A stretch of DNA of 64,000 bases. Origin: Phyllosticta citribraziliensis (taxonomy: Eukaryota). The stretch is taken from assembly GCF_038025025.1 (NCBI RefSeq), contig NW_027117338.1, positions 558,001 to 622,000 on the forward strand, written 5' to 3'. The notes under the pieces were generated by a model that saw only the letters and a list, made by a program, of their open reading frames with translations, was not told the DNA's origin and searched no databases. Position 1 is the stretch's first letter; each line of letters starts with the position of its first letter. The position numbers and the translations under genes are program-made. Of the stretch, positions 1-11,882 are shown piece after piece.

Positions 1-154
1 AGCATGACACTCGGTACTCGACCCACTCCTCTGGAAAGCCCATAGCCCTCTGAAACGGCAAAACCCAGCATCCCGCGCCACAATCACGGGAGATGCGCTT
101 TCGGGAGCCAATCTTCCCGCCCACCAGCCTTGTACTTGCCGTTTCCTCTGGGGA

Positions 155-192
155 AAAAAGAAAAGAAAAAGAAAAAAAAAAAAAAAAAAAAA
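155..192. repeat. Interrupted poly(A) tract
   Basis: About 38 nt of A with three G interruptions (aaaaaagaaaagaaaaagaaaa...). Confidence 0.9.
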
Positions 193-586
193 CGGGTTGT
201 CGTCGCCTAATGCTGGGGGTTTCCGGCATCACTGCCCAATCTGGAGCCAATCCCGACCATGCGAACCCTTCCAAGATTCTACCAAGAGATTTGATCTGCA
301 GCTTTGGCTTTGCTGCTGCTTTCTGGAGCGCTCCATGGGGCGGCATGCGCTTTGTGATGGATTTCTCATTGTTGACCAAGAACTCCAGGCTGCCAGATTC
401 CTCGACTGTCCACTGAGGTGGCCACAGCACCGAGTCGGCGCTCTGGATGGTGAATTTGTTATGCCGGAACTTTTCAAGCCGAACACTTGAAGATTAGTCT
501 TGAGGGGCACCTGCTCCCTTCTATGCCGCCTCCCTCCGCTCTGAAGACGCGGACGAGATGATCGTGACCTCCTGGCAATATGAGTG

Positions 587-701
587 CACTTGGGGAGCAT
601 TCATCTGCTACTTCAGTCACGCTTAAGGAGCATTCATTTACTACTACAACCACACTTAGGGAGCATCCGTTCACTGCTGCATCTCGACTTGGGGAGTCTC
701 C
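587..701. repeat. Degenerate 33-bp tandem repeat, about 3.5 copies
   Basis: Units cacttggggagcattcatctgctacttcagtca / cgcttaaggagcattcatttactactacaacca / cacttagggagcatccgttcactgctgcatctc / gacttggggagtctcc. Confidence 0.8.
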
Positions 702-1277
702 TTTCTTTCTACACCCACTGTGCTGCAACTAAACAGCGCATCGGATTCTTTCCTCTACATGGTTTGACTGAAATGATTAAATACTTCTCTGTGGTTATTG
801 GGCGCGCACCGACTACTATTTGCACACTGACCCATTCATCAGCCTTGCTGAATTCCTGTGGGTGAAATGGTATTTACGCGCTGGGTAAGAGTACTGAGCA
901 AAGAAAGCTGAACGTGATGGTATTTCAGTTCATTTTGCATGATGCAAGGCCAGATTTGATGTTCAAAGACCGAATCATCACCGGTAGGTCAATGCCACCA
1001 CCGAAAACGCTGCTGGCTGTCGGCAATTGACGGCTGAGACCGAGGGAGAAACCAATTCTCCGGGACCGACGGATGGTCTGTGCGCGCTGGACCCTTCTGG
1101 CACCTGCATGTGGCAAGTCGAATGACGCTCTTCAACTTGTCAACTCTACGCCACCGATCTCGCTCTCCAAAAGCAATCAACCTTCAGTCAACCTCTCGAC
1201 CCACGCGCACAAAAGACTGCATTATTTCTTCGCCTCTGACAAACCGAGTTTGGCCGCAAGCGATTTGCAACATCACC

Positions 1278-1709
1278 ATGCCCTCCATCATCAAGCCTCA
1301 GTTCTTCGCCCGCCGCTGCTTCACAACCAGCCTGCGCGCACGCTCAACACCACCGCCCTTCCGCACCGCACCCGGCCCGGAGCGACTCCCGCAAGAAGAG
1401 CAAGAGATCTTTGAAGAGCTCCAGCGACGCTCCACGGGCGCCTTTAGCACCCCCCGAGCTACGCCCGTCGTCAACCAATCTCCTCAAGCTTCATCGTCGG
1501 CCGATCAGGCAGACAGTCGCGACAAATACCAAATCAGTGCGGAAGGTGAAGGCGAGGAACTGCACCCCGATGTCCGGAGAGGAGCACAGCCTGAGTTCGA
1601 GGGTGACGTCAATCCAAAGACGGGAGAGGTGGGCGGTCCCAAAAACGAGCCGCTCAGGTGGGGAGCTCAGGGAGATTGGAGCTTCAACGGCAGGGTTACG
1701 GATTTCTAG
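1278..1709 (+). CDS. SDH8: Succinate dehydrogenase assembly factor 4 (Sdh8/Fmp21, DUF1674), mitochondrial
   Basis: ATG in catcaccATG context; Arg-rich presequence; PGPERLPQEEQEIFE segment and C-terminal NPKTGEVGGPKNEPLRWG...DWSFNGRVTDF signature. Confidence 0.93.
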   Translation: MPSIIKPQFFARRCFTTSLRARSTPPPFRTAPGPERLPQEEQEIFEELQRRSTGAFSTPRATPVVNQSPQASSSADQADSRDKYQISAEGEGEELHPDVRRGAQPEFEGDVNPKTGEVGGPKNEPLRWGAQGDWSFNGRVTDF

Positions 1710-2819
1710 ATGAGATTTGAAGAGAAGGAATCTACAAATTTCTACTCGGGTTCGGTATACCGGTCAACGTTGGCGTGGGATGTTCGGGAGCCCAGGATGG
1801 CTGCATCATATTGTCCAGCGACGACGCTTGACGTGCGTCTTTGCCGTCATGGCCACCCAGTTTCGAAGTTGGTCAAACATCAATCGCGATAGAGGTGCAG
1901 AAGGCTTAGAGCGGAGACGCGTCCGCGGGGGTGAGGTCAGTTAAGCTAATTGGCCTTCGCATCCTCCAATTCATCGCCGTCACCATCTATCAATTCAACC
2001 AGCATTTTCTTCAAGACCGTCGCAGATGCTTACACGGCTAGAGTATATCGCGCTCGCTCGTGATGACGAGCGTCAGTACCATGGCTCTCATCAGGTCTTC
2101 CAAAAGGCCTTACCACCACGATCCCCGCCAAACGGCAAACCCTGCTTGAAACGCGCCTTCCGACTGACCAAAACGCCAATCTCTATAGTCGACTCAGCCA
2201 GGCTGACCACCGCCCGCTGCGACTGGTCAATTCCAGCGCCGCGCCGGCAGCTAAGGCCCTGTCGAAGACCCTTAATTCTACGAACATATGCTTCGATCGC
2301 CTGCACACCACAGCCCATCACCGCCTGGACTGGCTTCGCCCAGCCAGCCCACCACCACCCACATGCTTCCGTCGACGACTGAATCAGGAAGTCGATCATG
2401 TATGGCGTCAGCATTATTATCAACAAACTGCACCGTACCAGCTTCTCCGCACCAAATCTCGATCTTAAAATCCATTACAGTAATGCCATTGCTCGGAGAG
2501 CCTTGAGACTACCTTCTCCAATTTTTGCCTTGCCCGCCGTTCCGTGGTCCAAAGCAAAATCGGTGCGACTCTGGTGGTTATGCTCTGCGCGCTCGATAAG
2601 CTTTCCCTTCCGCCATACCGACCACCCCTTGATATATCGTCTGCAGCGCGTCCAGAACGTCGGTCCTGCATGACTTTTTGCACATTGCATTTTGCTGCTT
2701 TGTGTGCGTTTGTTCGAAGTGCATCATCGATTGTTTGTCTTGTATAAGTGCCAGGTTCTCCCGCGTCATTCTTAGATGAGTTAAGCTCGCTCTGGCAAAC
2801 AGCCAGCGCCCTGTCAGCC

Positions 2820-5136
2820 ATGGCGTACAGCAAACGGCAGATTGTGACTGCGCTCAGCGTAGTGGTATGTGTCAACACCAGCCTTCAAATGTCTAGCTGA
2901 CAAGAATCTAGTACCTTCTCATACTCACGGTTCTGGCCTGGTGAGAAACTCCACGATATCGCAGAACATCCACCAGCAGAAGCTAACACGAGCACTGCGA
3001 CAGCTACGCGCATACGTCTGTTCAACGCTACTCCCTACCATTGTCTTCTTGGATCTCAGGGCTGCTCATCATCACGCCATTCCTGACGGGCATCATCGTG
3101 GATCGTCTCACTCGCATCCGGCCGACTTCCCACACCTCTGCCCTGACAATCTCGCCCTCCGCATCCTACGGCACGTTTCCCGGTCCCGACAATGATAGAG
3201 GCGGCGGCGGCGGCGGCGTTCCGCGAGCTGTCCTGCAGCTTCTGCCACGACACCACCTGCGGACTCAGCTTTCCGCGCTCGGCCTGACCGTGTTTCTCAC
3301 TGCGATGGCCTCTCTCGCTTCGCCGTACGTGACGCAGAATCGCGGACTCACTTGTGCGCTAGACAATGCATGGAGAGACTTGTTTCGGGCGCGCCGGGGC
3401 GGCGAGATTCAGTTGATTCAGGATGCATGGGAGTGTTGTGGATTACACAGTGTGTACGACATGGCGTGGCCGTTTGCGAGACACGCGGGCGGCGTCACTG
3501 AGAGGTCGAGATGCCGGCAGATGTATGGTAGGGAGACGAGTTGCTATGGAGTATGGGAGGAGGAAGAGAGGAGGACAGCGGGCATCGTGATTGGTGTTAC
3601 TGCAGGCGTGTGGTTGTGGAAGGTGTGCTTGACCCCTGAAAACTTGCCCCTGGATGCGAATCCCGACTAACATATCAGATGCTCGTCCTCTTCACGCCTC
3701 GACATCGGCCCTCGTGGCTTTCGACGCACCGGACGCCTCCCCCTGCACCACCGCCACGAGCCATACAGCAAAATGCCCCCTTCTTCCCCCGCGCCCTCAC
3801 CACCGCTCCGCACACCTCACCCCCACCACCCACGCCAGAGACATCTTCTGGCGCCGCCAATTTCTCAGCCACTCGCAACATCGCTCCCAATGCCAACAAA
3901 CCTCCGACCGATGATTCTGCGGACAACAGCTCCGTCACCCCCACCAACAACAACTTCCTCGCCAAATCCCCCTCGCGCAACATCCCCAAACGCGAACGCA
4001 ACCGGCCCTCGCGCCTCAACATCCCATATCACACTGCGACGCCAGATGCTGGCTACGCCAATTCGCCCGGCCCAGAAGTCGGCGACCTCGAGACTTCTTC
4101 ACTGTACCGCGACACATCCGACTCCGAGGCCGGCGACTCGAAACGCGGCGTGCGCTATGACGAGCTATCCTCCTCCGAAGACGAACACGAGCTCTTCGTC
4201 AACGGCGTGCCGTCGCCCGCGCTGCCCCCGCGTCCAGGGGCCGGAGGCGTCGAGGACGCGACGCCCCGGGGCGAATCGCCCGTCCTTGCGCAGTACCACC
4301 TCCGCCTCGCCAACGCGGCCGCCAACAAAAAAGGCGGCGCCAACAACAGCAACAGCAACAGCAGCAGCGGCACCAGCGGCGACAGACGCCCCTCCGCGTC
4401 GTCGCAGTTCGGCGTCCAGCACTACCGCCGCTCGCCGACGGCGTTCAAGTTCCCCATGTCCCCGCTGAGCACGCGCAGCGAGAACACGACGAACACGTCG
4501 ACGTCGGCGTCGGCGCAGAGTTCGCGCCCGCAGAGCCGCGGCGACGGACAGCCGGACACCAGTGGCGATAGCGGTCATGGCGACGCTGTCAACGGCGACA
4601 ACGCTGCCGCCGACCTCGACGCCTCCAGCGGCAACAACAGCAGCAGCGGCGACGACAGCGTGCAGACGGCCGTCGCCATCGACGACAACAACGCTGCGCC
4701 CGCCGTGCCCGTCCTCAAACCGAGTCCGCGCCGCGCCGTGCCTGCTCCCGGTGGTGGTGGTGCTGCTGCTGCTGCTGCCGCCGGCGGTGGCAGGCGCCTC
4801 AGCCCACGCCCGCGCTCGCGACACGCCGTGCTGAACGGCAGCACGGGGATCCCCAAACTGGCGGCCGGCGGCGGCGGCAACGCGCTCAACGGCGCAGCGG
4901 GGGCGGGGCACAAGAAGAGCTTCAGCAATGGGGGAGCAGGAACGTTTGGCTACGGCGCCGGCGGTGGCGGTGGCGGGAAACCGCACACGACGGTGCCCGC
5001 GGTGCTGATCACGGAGGTCGGCGATGATGATGATGATGCCTTTGATGATGGGCGCGTGGGCGAGGGCGGCGAGCAGCGGCCGGCGTCGAGGGAGCGTGTG
5101 CTTGTTAGGGCGGGCGGAGGGGGGGTGGACGAGTGA
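2820..5136 (+). CDS. Fungal tetraspanin (Tsp3-like) with very long low-complexity C-terminal tail; exons 2820-2864, 2912-2940, 3004-3622, 3679-5136
   Basis: Manual splicing gives one open frame: MAYSKRQIVTALSVV|YLLILTVLAC|YAHTSVQRYSLPL...; hydrophobic TM segments; large loop with IQDAWECCG and further Cys; GT..AG introns with gctgac/gctaac/actaac branch sites. Confidence 0.8.
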
Positions 5137-5865
5137 ATGTGGGTAAGAAAGAGGAAGAGCAGGGTGTGTGTGTGTGTGTGTGGTGACGTTGACGGTAGTT
5201 TGTTTTTGCTTCTCAGATACCCGCCTCGCTAGGGTGTGCTTCTTTGCGTTGTGTTTTGATGGCGTTGTTTCTCTTTTCCCCTCTTCTCCTTCATACATCT
5301 TGTTCCCCTTCTTCTCTACGCCTTAGGGAGCGGCGTCCGGTACCTTTGGCGCAAACGGCGACGTCGGTCTTGAGTCTTTTCACTCCGTTTTGGCTGGCTT
5401 TCGCTTGGCTGGTTGGGTCCTGACGAGTGATGACACGACACAATTCACATAAACCATGATAAAAAATGGCAAATACTATCACAAACGAGCTCCGTGGACA
5501 CGAAATGCTTTGTGTGTGCGTTGGTAAAGTCGGAGAGAATAAGGTCGGGGGGGTTGGTATGATAATAGTTGGTACTGATGGTGGGTGATTATGATGTTCT
5601 GCCGATGGCTTATGGTGTGAGAAAGTGATGGTGGGTTGGCAGTCAGGGGCATGCCATCTAGGGCGAGACGAGGACAATGCGAAGTCACGGAACACTGGGT
5701 AGGAAAAGCAAAAGAAGAGAGATGAGAAGTTTGGCCATGTGGTCTAATTCCCAACCCAACGTCCCTCTCCCGTTACATCTCCGAATTCTGTACACAAGAC
5801 AATCCACCACCACCACCACCACCACCACCACAACTCCCCCCTCATCCCTCCCTCATCCAACCCAC

Positions 5866-8412
5866 CTACCACGGCCTCCGCACCCCCCTCGCAACCGTAT
5901 CCGGCTTCTCGCCCGGCTGCGTGCCCTTGGGCCGCCGCGCCTTGACGGCCTTCATGCTCTGCCGCGGCCGCTCCTTGGGCCGCGCCTTTTGCGGCGCGTT
6001 GAGCACGCTGCCCATGAGCGGCCGCCGCGTTCCGATGCACGCCCCGTGCGGGCTGAAGACGTGGATTTGCGGGAACTGGACTTCGGGGCCGCGGGCGACG
6101 GCGTCGGTGTCGGCGTCAGGGGAGGGTTCGGAGGAGGGTTCCGGAGATGGTGGTGTTGCGGAGGCGTCCTCTTGCTGTTCTGCTTCTGGCGATGCTGCTG
6201 CGGTTTCGTGTGGTTGTTGCGCTGCAGCGGCGTCGTCGCCTGTCTTTGCCTCTGCCTCTGTCTCCGAAGCCTTCGCCTCGCCCGCTTCTCCCTGCATCCT
6301 TTTCTTCCCCGCGATCGCGTCTGCTGCCTCCTCGATCCCGTGAATCTTGCCCCTGAACCGCCGCGTCTGCGCCGTCACCTCCACCCACCCCAGCCCCTCA
6401 ATCAGCACATCAACAGCCCACACCACAAACGGCAGGTTGTCCGCCTTCAGGCGCGTCACGTCCTTGCGCACGAGCGGGCCCGCCGCCGTCTTGGTGACGT
6501 CGTAGGCCAGCGGCACGACGCCCGCGCTGCGCATGTGGCGGCGCGCGGCTTCATCCGCCCAGTTTTTGACGCCCGAGCGCTCGTTCTCGAGTTTGCCGCG
6601 CTCACGCGCCACGGCCTTGTTCGTGCTGCACTTGTGCCACGGCAGCTCGACGAACGGGTGCACGAGGTAGACGAGGTCGGTGGTGGCGGGCGTGATGCGC
6701 ACGAGGCCGCCGCCCAGCACGAGCGACTCGTGCGCCTTGAGCACGATGCGCTCAGTCTTGTGTCGCTTATTTAGGAGCAGCTTGGAGCGGTGCTGCGGCG
6801 CGACGTATTGGTCCATGCCGGCGCGGTCGAGGCCCGGGAGGTCGATGAGCTCGCCGCGGCCGCGCGCAAAGGGGATGCGGATGGGTGAGGCGGTCGTGCC
6901 TGGCAGGTGCGATATTATTGGCATGACAGGGTAGTCGACTTCTTTGCGTGGGGGTGGCAGGAGAGAGGTTTCGGAAAAGGAGGTGTAGTCTTGCTCGGCG
7001 CTTGGAGATTCTTTCAAGTCGATGTCTTCTTTGGTGTTTTCTTCTAGACCAGCGTCCGGGTTTTCTGCTTGCGAAATTTCCGACTTGGCTTGCTGGCCGT
7101 TTTTTTCGAGGGCTTGGGCGTCAAACTCATTCTCGACTGCTGTCTCTTCTCCGGAAGTTCTTGTATCTTTCTGAATATCTTCGACTTTTGCCTCATTCTC
7201 CGAAGCTTCCAAGGTTTGCTCTTCCGCTTGAGCCGTTGGATCTTCTTCATTGGATTCTGATCTGACCTCTTGCACCTCTTGATTCACTTTTGGCGAAAGG
7301 TTGGTGTCAAGCTCAGTGTCTTTTCCCTTGGGGGCAGGATCGGAAGTGTCCCAGGATTTCTTCTGGTCCTTTTCAGCTTGCTCTCGAAGCTGGTGAACGT
7401 CGACGTAATCCTTCTTGCCCTTTGGAAAGACGACTTCAAAGAGGCTGCTCTTTCCAACATTGACCTTGCCCACGAACCAGCTCGCGCCGCCGCGCTCGAG
7501 AATCTCTTGCTTGACGGCACTGGTCCACCACCCTCGTTTCGCGCTCACAAGATGGACGTTGCCCAAGCGCACATTGTCTCTGTACTCCCTACCTATTTTC
7601 TCGCGGAGGACGTCAATAATGTACGCCATGAGTCTTCTCGACATGTCCTCCTGCGGCACCAGCAGGTCGGCTCGAGTGATGATGAACTCAACATGAGAAT
7701 GTTTGCCGTCTTGCCATTTTGATTTCGACGCCCTTCGACCGCGCGAACGAAGTGGCGATAAGTCTAGAGCTCTGGTTATGTCAGGGATCACCGACATGGG
7801 GAAATCTGCAGCGTCGACGACATGGTAGATGCAGTTGCGCTTGTGCGGCGACTCTTGGATCATGGCTTTGATGGCCTTTATCGATGGGTGATCAATTGGA
7901 ACCCCTTCACGATGGTTCATCAGCCTATGGCAACGATTGCACAAGGGCGGCGGCGGCGCTGGCTTTGGCGGAGGATTTGTGGATTCAGTGACGCCCAGCT
8001 GCTCCCGTAGGCTTGGATCAAGCTTTGCGACTGCTTCAGCGTATATGTCGTCCTCTCGCTTTTTTGGGAGCTCGGGCTCTTGGTCACGCTTAAGATAGGC
8101 CTTCACATGGTTCATGTCGGCAGAATAGTAGCCAGCGAGGTCCGGGGCCACGGTTTGTGACGGGGCGCCACAGCCTGGACATGACAGCGGCAGTGCTCTG
8201 ATGAGGGAGTTCTTGGACAAGTGGGAGGGTTGTTCTGGTTCAGCTACTGATGAGGTGGTTTCGTCGGCTTGTCGCCATGGAGCCAAGGACGAAAAAGTTC
8301 GCTCCTTTCTGGCAGCTTTCGAGTTGGAAACAAGGTTCGGTAATGTTCCCAGACGACGTGTAGTAGCGAAGGGGAGTCTGATGCGCGAGAGACGGCGTAA
8401 TGAGGGTTGCAT
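5866..8412 (-). CDS. GEP3: Mitochondrial circularly permuted GTPase Gep3/Mtg3 (YqeH/NOA1 family)
   Basis: CPGCG and CNRC Zn-binding motifs, VVDAADFPMS, TRADLL (G4), SAKRGW, GKVNVGKS (G1), PGTT (G2), DLPG (G3); Arg-rich presequence from ATG 8412. Confidence 0.9.
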   Translation of the reverse strand: MQPSLRRLSRIRLPFATTRRLGTLPNLVSNSKAARKERTFSSLAPWRQADETTSSVAEPEQPSHLSKNSLIRALPLSCPGCGAPSQTVAPDLAGYYSADMNHVKAYLKRDQEPELPKKREDDIYAEAVAKLDPSLREQLGVTESTNPPPKPAPPPPLCNRCHRLMNHREGVPIDHPSIKAIKAMIQESPHKRNCIYHVVDAADFPMSVIPDITRALDLSPLRSRGRRASKSKWQDGKHSHVEFIITRADLLVPQEDMSRRLMAYIIDVLREKIGREYRDNVRLGNVHLVSAKRGWWTSAVKQEILERGGASWFVGKVNVGKSSLFEVVFPKGKKDYVDVHQLREQAEKDQKKSWDTSDPAPKGKDTELDTNLSPKVNQEVQEVRSESNEEDPTAQAEEQTLEASENEAKVEDIQKDTRTSGEETAVENEFDAQALEKNGQQAKSEISQAENPDAGLEENTKEDIDLKESPSAEQDYTSFSETSLLPPPRKEVDYPVMPIISHLPGTTASPIRIPFARGRGELIDLPGLDRAGMDQYVAPQHRSKLLLNKRHKTERIVLKAHESLVLGGGLVRITPATTDLVYLVHPFVELPWHKCSTNKAVARERGKLENERSGVKNWADEAARRHMRSAGVVPLAYDVTKTAAGPLVRKDVTRLKADNLPFVVWAVDVLIEGLGWVEVTAQTRRFRGKIHGIEEAADAIAGKKRMQGEAGEAKASETEAEAKTGDDAAAAQQPHETAAASPEAEQQEDASATPPSPEPSSEPSPDADTDAVARGPEVQFPQIHVFSPHGACIGTRRPLMGSVLNAPQKARPKERPRQSMKAVKARRPKGTQPGEKPDTVARGVRRPW

Positions 8413-8741
8413 GTCGAGGTGTGGCGGATATAAAAAATTCCCGGATGGCAGGAGTTCCCAACGCGACCTGGCTACTGTACCGTTCCGTACCCGAAACTGG
8501 ACGCGTCCCGTCGGGCAGAACCGGGCCGGACAGCACGCACCGGGCAAGGCGGTGAAGGGTGAAGACGGCCCAAGCTCCCAAAATGGCAGTCCGAGGACGC
8601 AACAGTCACATCCTTGTCGCTCGCTCTTCTGGGGTAAATAACAGAGTCTCAACTCTCAGACCACTGCCGCCTCCACCCTCTCCACCTGCGTGTCCACTCA
8701 TCTCCTTGCCTCCAGACATCAATTGTCCTTGCATCGTCATC

Positions 8742-10155
8742 ATGATTTCCTCCCGCGCCGCCGTCAGGCACATCTCTGCTCGCCGCATCACCGCCGTCTC
8801 CGCCGTGCGCGCAGCTTCGGCCTGGAGCAAGGTGCCTCAAGGTCCTCCCGACGCCATTCTGGGCATCACCGAAGCCTTCAAGGCTGACAGTCACCCGGAG
8901 AAGATTAACCTGGGTGCGTGTTGAATATTGGCAGTCCAAATCGCAACTGAACCTCTTGCCTTCACCTTTCACTTCTCGGGCGCCGATGCTAACCATGCCT
9001 CAGGAGTCGGCGCCTACCGCGATGACAGCGCCAAACCCTACGTCTTGCCCTCTGTCAAGGCCGCCGAGAAGCACGTCGTCGACTCCAACCTGAACAAGGA
9101 GTACGCAGGCATCACTGGTGTCCCCGAGTTCACTGCCGCCGCCGCCCGCCTTGCCTACGGCGAGGACTCGAAGCCTCTCAAGGAAGGCCGCATCGTCATC
9201 ACTCAGTCCATCTCTGGCACTGGAGCTCTCCGCATTGGCGGTGCCTTTCTCCAGCGTCACTACCCGCACGCCAAGACGATCTACATCCCCACGCCCTCGT
9301 GGGCCAACCACAATGCCGTCTTCAGCGACTCGGGCCTCAAGGTGGAAAAGTACCGCTACTACAACAAGGACACCATTGGCCTTGACTTTGATGGAATGAT
9401 TGAGGACATCAAGAAGATGCCCAAGAACAGCATCGTCCTGCTCCACGCTTGCGCGCACAACCCCACTGGTGTCGACCCTACTCCGGAGCAGTGGAAGGCC
9501 ATCAGTGACGCTGTCAAGGCCGGCGATCACTTCCCCTTCTTCGACATGGCGTACCAGGGCTTCGCCAGCGGCGACACCGTCCAGGATGCCTTTGCCTTGC
9601 GCTACTTCATCGAGCAGGGTCACCTCCCCGCTCTGTGCCAGTCCTTTGCCAAGAACATGGTATGTCGTCCAGGGGTAGTTGCAAACTCGTCTAACCAAGC
9701 CACAGGGTCTCTACGGTGAGCGTGTTGGTGCCTTCTCCCTCGTCACCGAGTCCACCGAGGAGAAGAAGCGCGTCGACTCTCAGCTCAAGATCCTCGTGCG
9801 CCCGCTCTACTCGAACCCTCCCATCCACGGTGCTCGCATTGCTTTGACTGTTCTCAACGACGCTGCGCTCAACAAGCAGTGGCTTGGTGAGGTCAAGGGC
9901 ATGGCTGACCGCATCATCAAGATGCGCGCCCTGCTCAAGGACAACCTGGAGAAGCTTGGCTCCAAGCACGACTGGAGCCACATCACCAGCCAGATTGGCA
10001 TGTTTGCCTACACTGGCCTTTCGGCTGAGCAGATGGACAAGCTTGCCAAGGACCACTCTGTCTACGCGACCAAGGACGGCCGCATCTCCGTCGCTGGTAT
10101 CACGAGCGGCAACGTCAAGAGACTTGCAGAGGCCATCTACAAGGTTGCTGGTTAA
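8742..10155 (+). CDS. AAT1: Mitochondrial aspartate aminotransferase; introns 8914-9003 and 9660-9705
   Basis: Presequence, [47 protein letters not shown]-lysine motif [14 protein letters not shown] across intron 2. Confidence 0.97.
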
Positions 10156-10868
10156 GTACTCCGCGACTAGATTGGACACGGCGCACGGCTTACGGTGGCC
10201 TCATCGGCCCAAAAACCTTTTTGCACGACTCTAGACGAGATGAATGACACGTAGATAGGCAAATCGGCGAGCAATGATGAGCAAGCGAGCGAGCATGATT
10301 CGAGCAAAAACATGAGACCTGGTACCACCATTTGGTGTGAGTGATTTGAAATTGCAAATATTTGGACTGGGAGTTTTGGGCTTTCTCACGTTGGCTGTGC
10401 CCTGCGATGTATTTCATTTGGAAGACTGCAACGGCTTGGTTCAGGGAATCAACAATTTCATGGCAGGATGGATACGATGAGAAGACCAAATGTCTCCCAA
10501 TGTCACGCAAGAATGTGTCTTAGTGCCTTCCGCTATTCCAGTTACGCGGTTGCAGCGTACCAGTGAACGGGTTCGGGTAGGACACACGGCCAAGGTACGA
10601 GCTTCTCCATGGCATGACTCCATCCGCAGTGTCACTTTCAGGACTCGACTCCGCTCCTTCTTTGTTTAGGACCCATTATGGGCGTCACCTCTTGACCGGC
10701 AGGTCAATATCGCGCTTGCCTGTACGACTTGCTCGCAGTACGTTAAAAGCTTTCCTTTTTTACCACCTCTTCTTTCCATCACCACTGCCTACCACTGCCT
10801 ATCGCGACTCTCGATCGATTTTGAATCCTACACCCTACATCACCTTGAAAAGACACAAAACAGCAACT

Positions 10869-11882
10869 ATGAAGATCTCATCACTCCTGGCCGTCGCCCT
10901 GCCCGGCCTATCTCTTGCAGTGCCGTCGCCAAACACCCTCAACACCGACAAAACCAATGACCTTCGCCCTCGCCAGTTCCCCGACTTTGCACCCAACGGC
11001 CCCGAGTTCCGTCTGCAGACCAGACTTGTCGATCAGAACGACACCACCAAGTCCGCCTACAGCGGCCTCTACCTTACGACGTACCACACGGGCGCCGGGC
11101 TCAGCGACGTCGTCTTCGTCGCCAACGAGACGCGCGGCGCGAAGGCGTTCCTGAACGAGTCGGTCCCGGACACGGCGCCAGGAGGCCAGTTGGAGTTTGA
11201 CTTTGGCAACGAGTAAGAACATGACCCTACCTCTTTCTTCTCTTTGCCTCCTGTCTGACAGATGGATTTCTGCAGCTTCCCCTGGGGCTTGCGACTCGGA
11301 TATGAGCCGTACTCCAAATGGTCGTCGGTGATCGTCCAGGCCGGCCTGGGTGACCAGGGCTTCGTGTACGGCGAGCAGGGTCTTGTTTACAACCTGACGC
11401 AGTTTGCAGGCTGGATGGGTACGTCGTCTCTTCTCCTCTTTGAACCGTCCATCTTTTCCCATCACCGCTGCTCTTCCTTCAAAAACCTCGCCGTCACATA
11501 CTCCACCGCCGCGCTCTCTCCTCTCTTCCATCGGCGCCGCCGCGTCTCACAACCAGGAAATTTTCGCTCCCCGTTTGCCCCACAGCCGTTTTGCACTCCC
11601 TCTCTCCCTCGCTTCCCCGCGTGTTTGGTGTCCGTTCGTCATGCGCGCTACATGCGCGAGGCGCCGCCATGCATGCATCTCTCCCTTGTACAACCACCGG
11701 CCCTCGTATAGCGGATTAGTGCGCGGTCGAGTGCATAGTGCTAACAGCGTCGTCGGTCGTCCCTTGCAGTTTGCGACTGGTGGCACAATGTGCCGCAGCT
11801 CTTCTGGCTCTTAGATGTCGTGGGCCCGTATGAGATTCCGAGTAGCTGTGCGGAGGTGCTGTTGCTCAAGACGGATGTTTGA
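10869..11882 (+). CDS. Secreted protein of unknown function; exons 10869-11212, 11276-11418, 11770-11882
   Basis: Signal peptide MKISSLLAVALPGLSLAVP; YHTGAGLSD motif; spliced C-terminus FAGWM|VCDWWHNVPQLFW...PSSCAEVLL resembles a common fungal secreted family; canonical splice sites keep the frame. Confidence 0.8.

Noticed and set aside
4165..5298. 377-aa minus-strand ORF and other overlapping ORFs
   Set aside because: Antisense shadows of the GC-rich tetraspanin tail; no domain features
5677..6774. 365-aa plus-strand ORF
   Set aside because: Antisense to the GC-rich 3' half of GEP3
8413..8652. TTG-started upstream extension of GEP3 in the ORF track
   Set aside because: It spans the shared promoter, and ATG 8412 already begins a typical mitochondrial presequence
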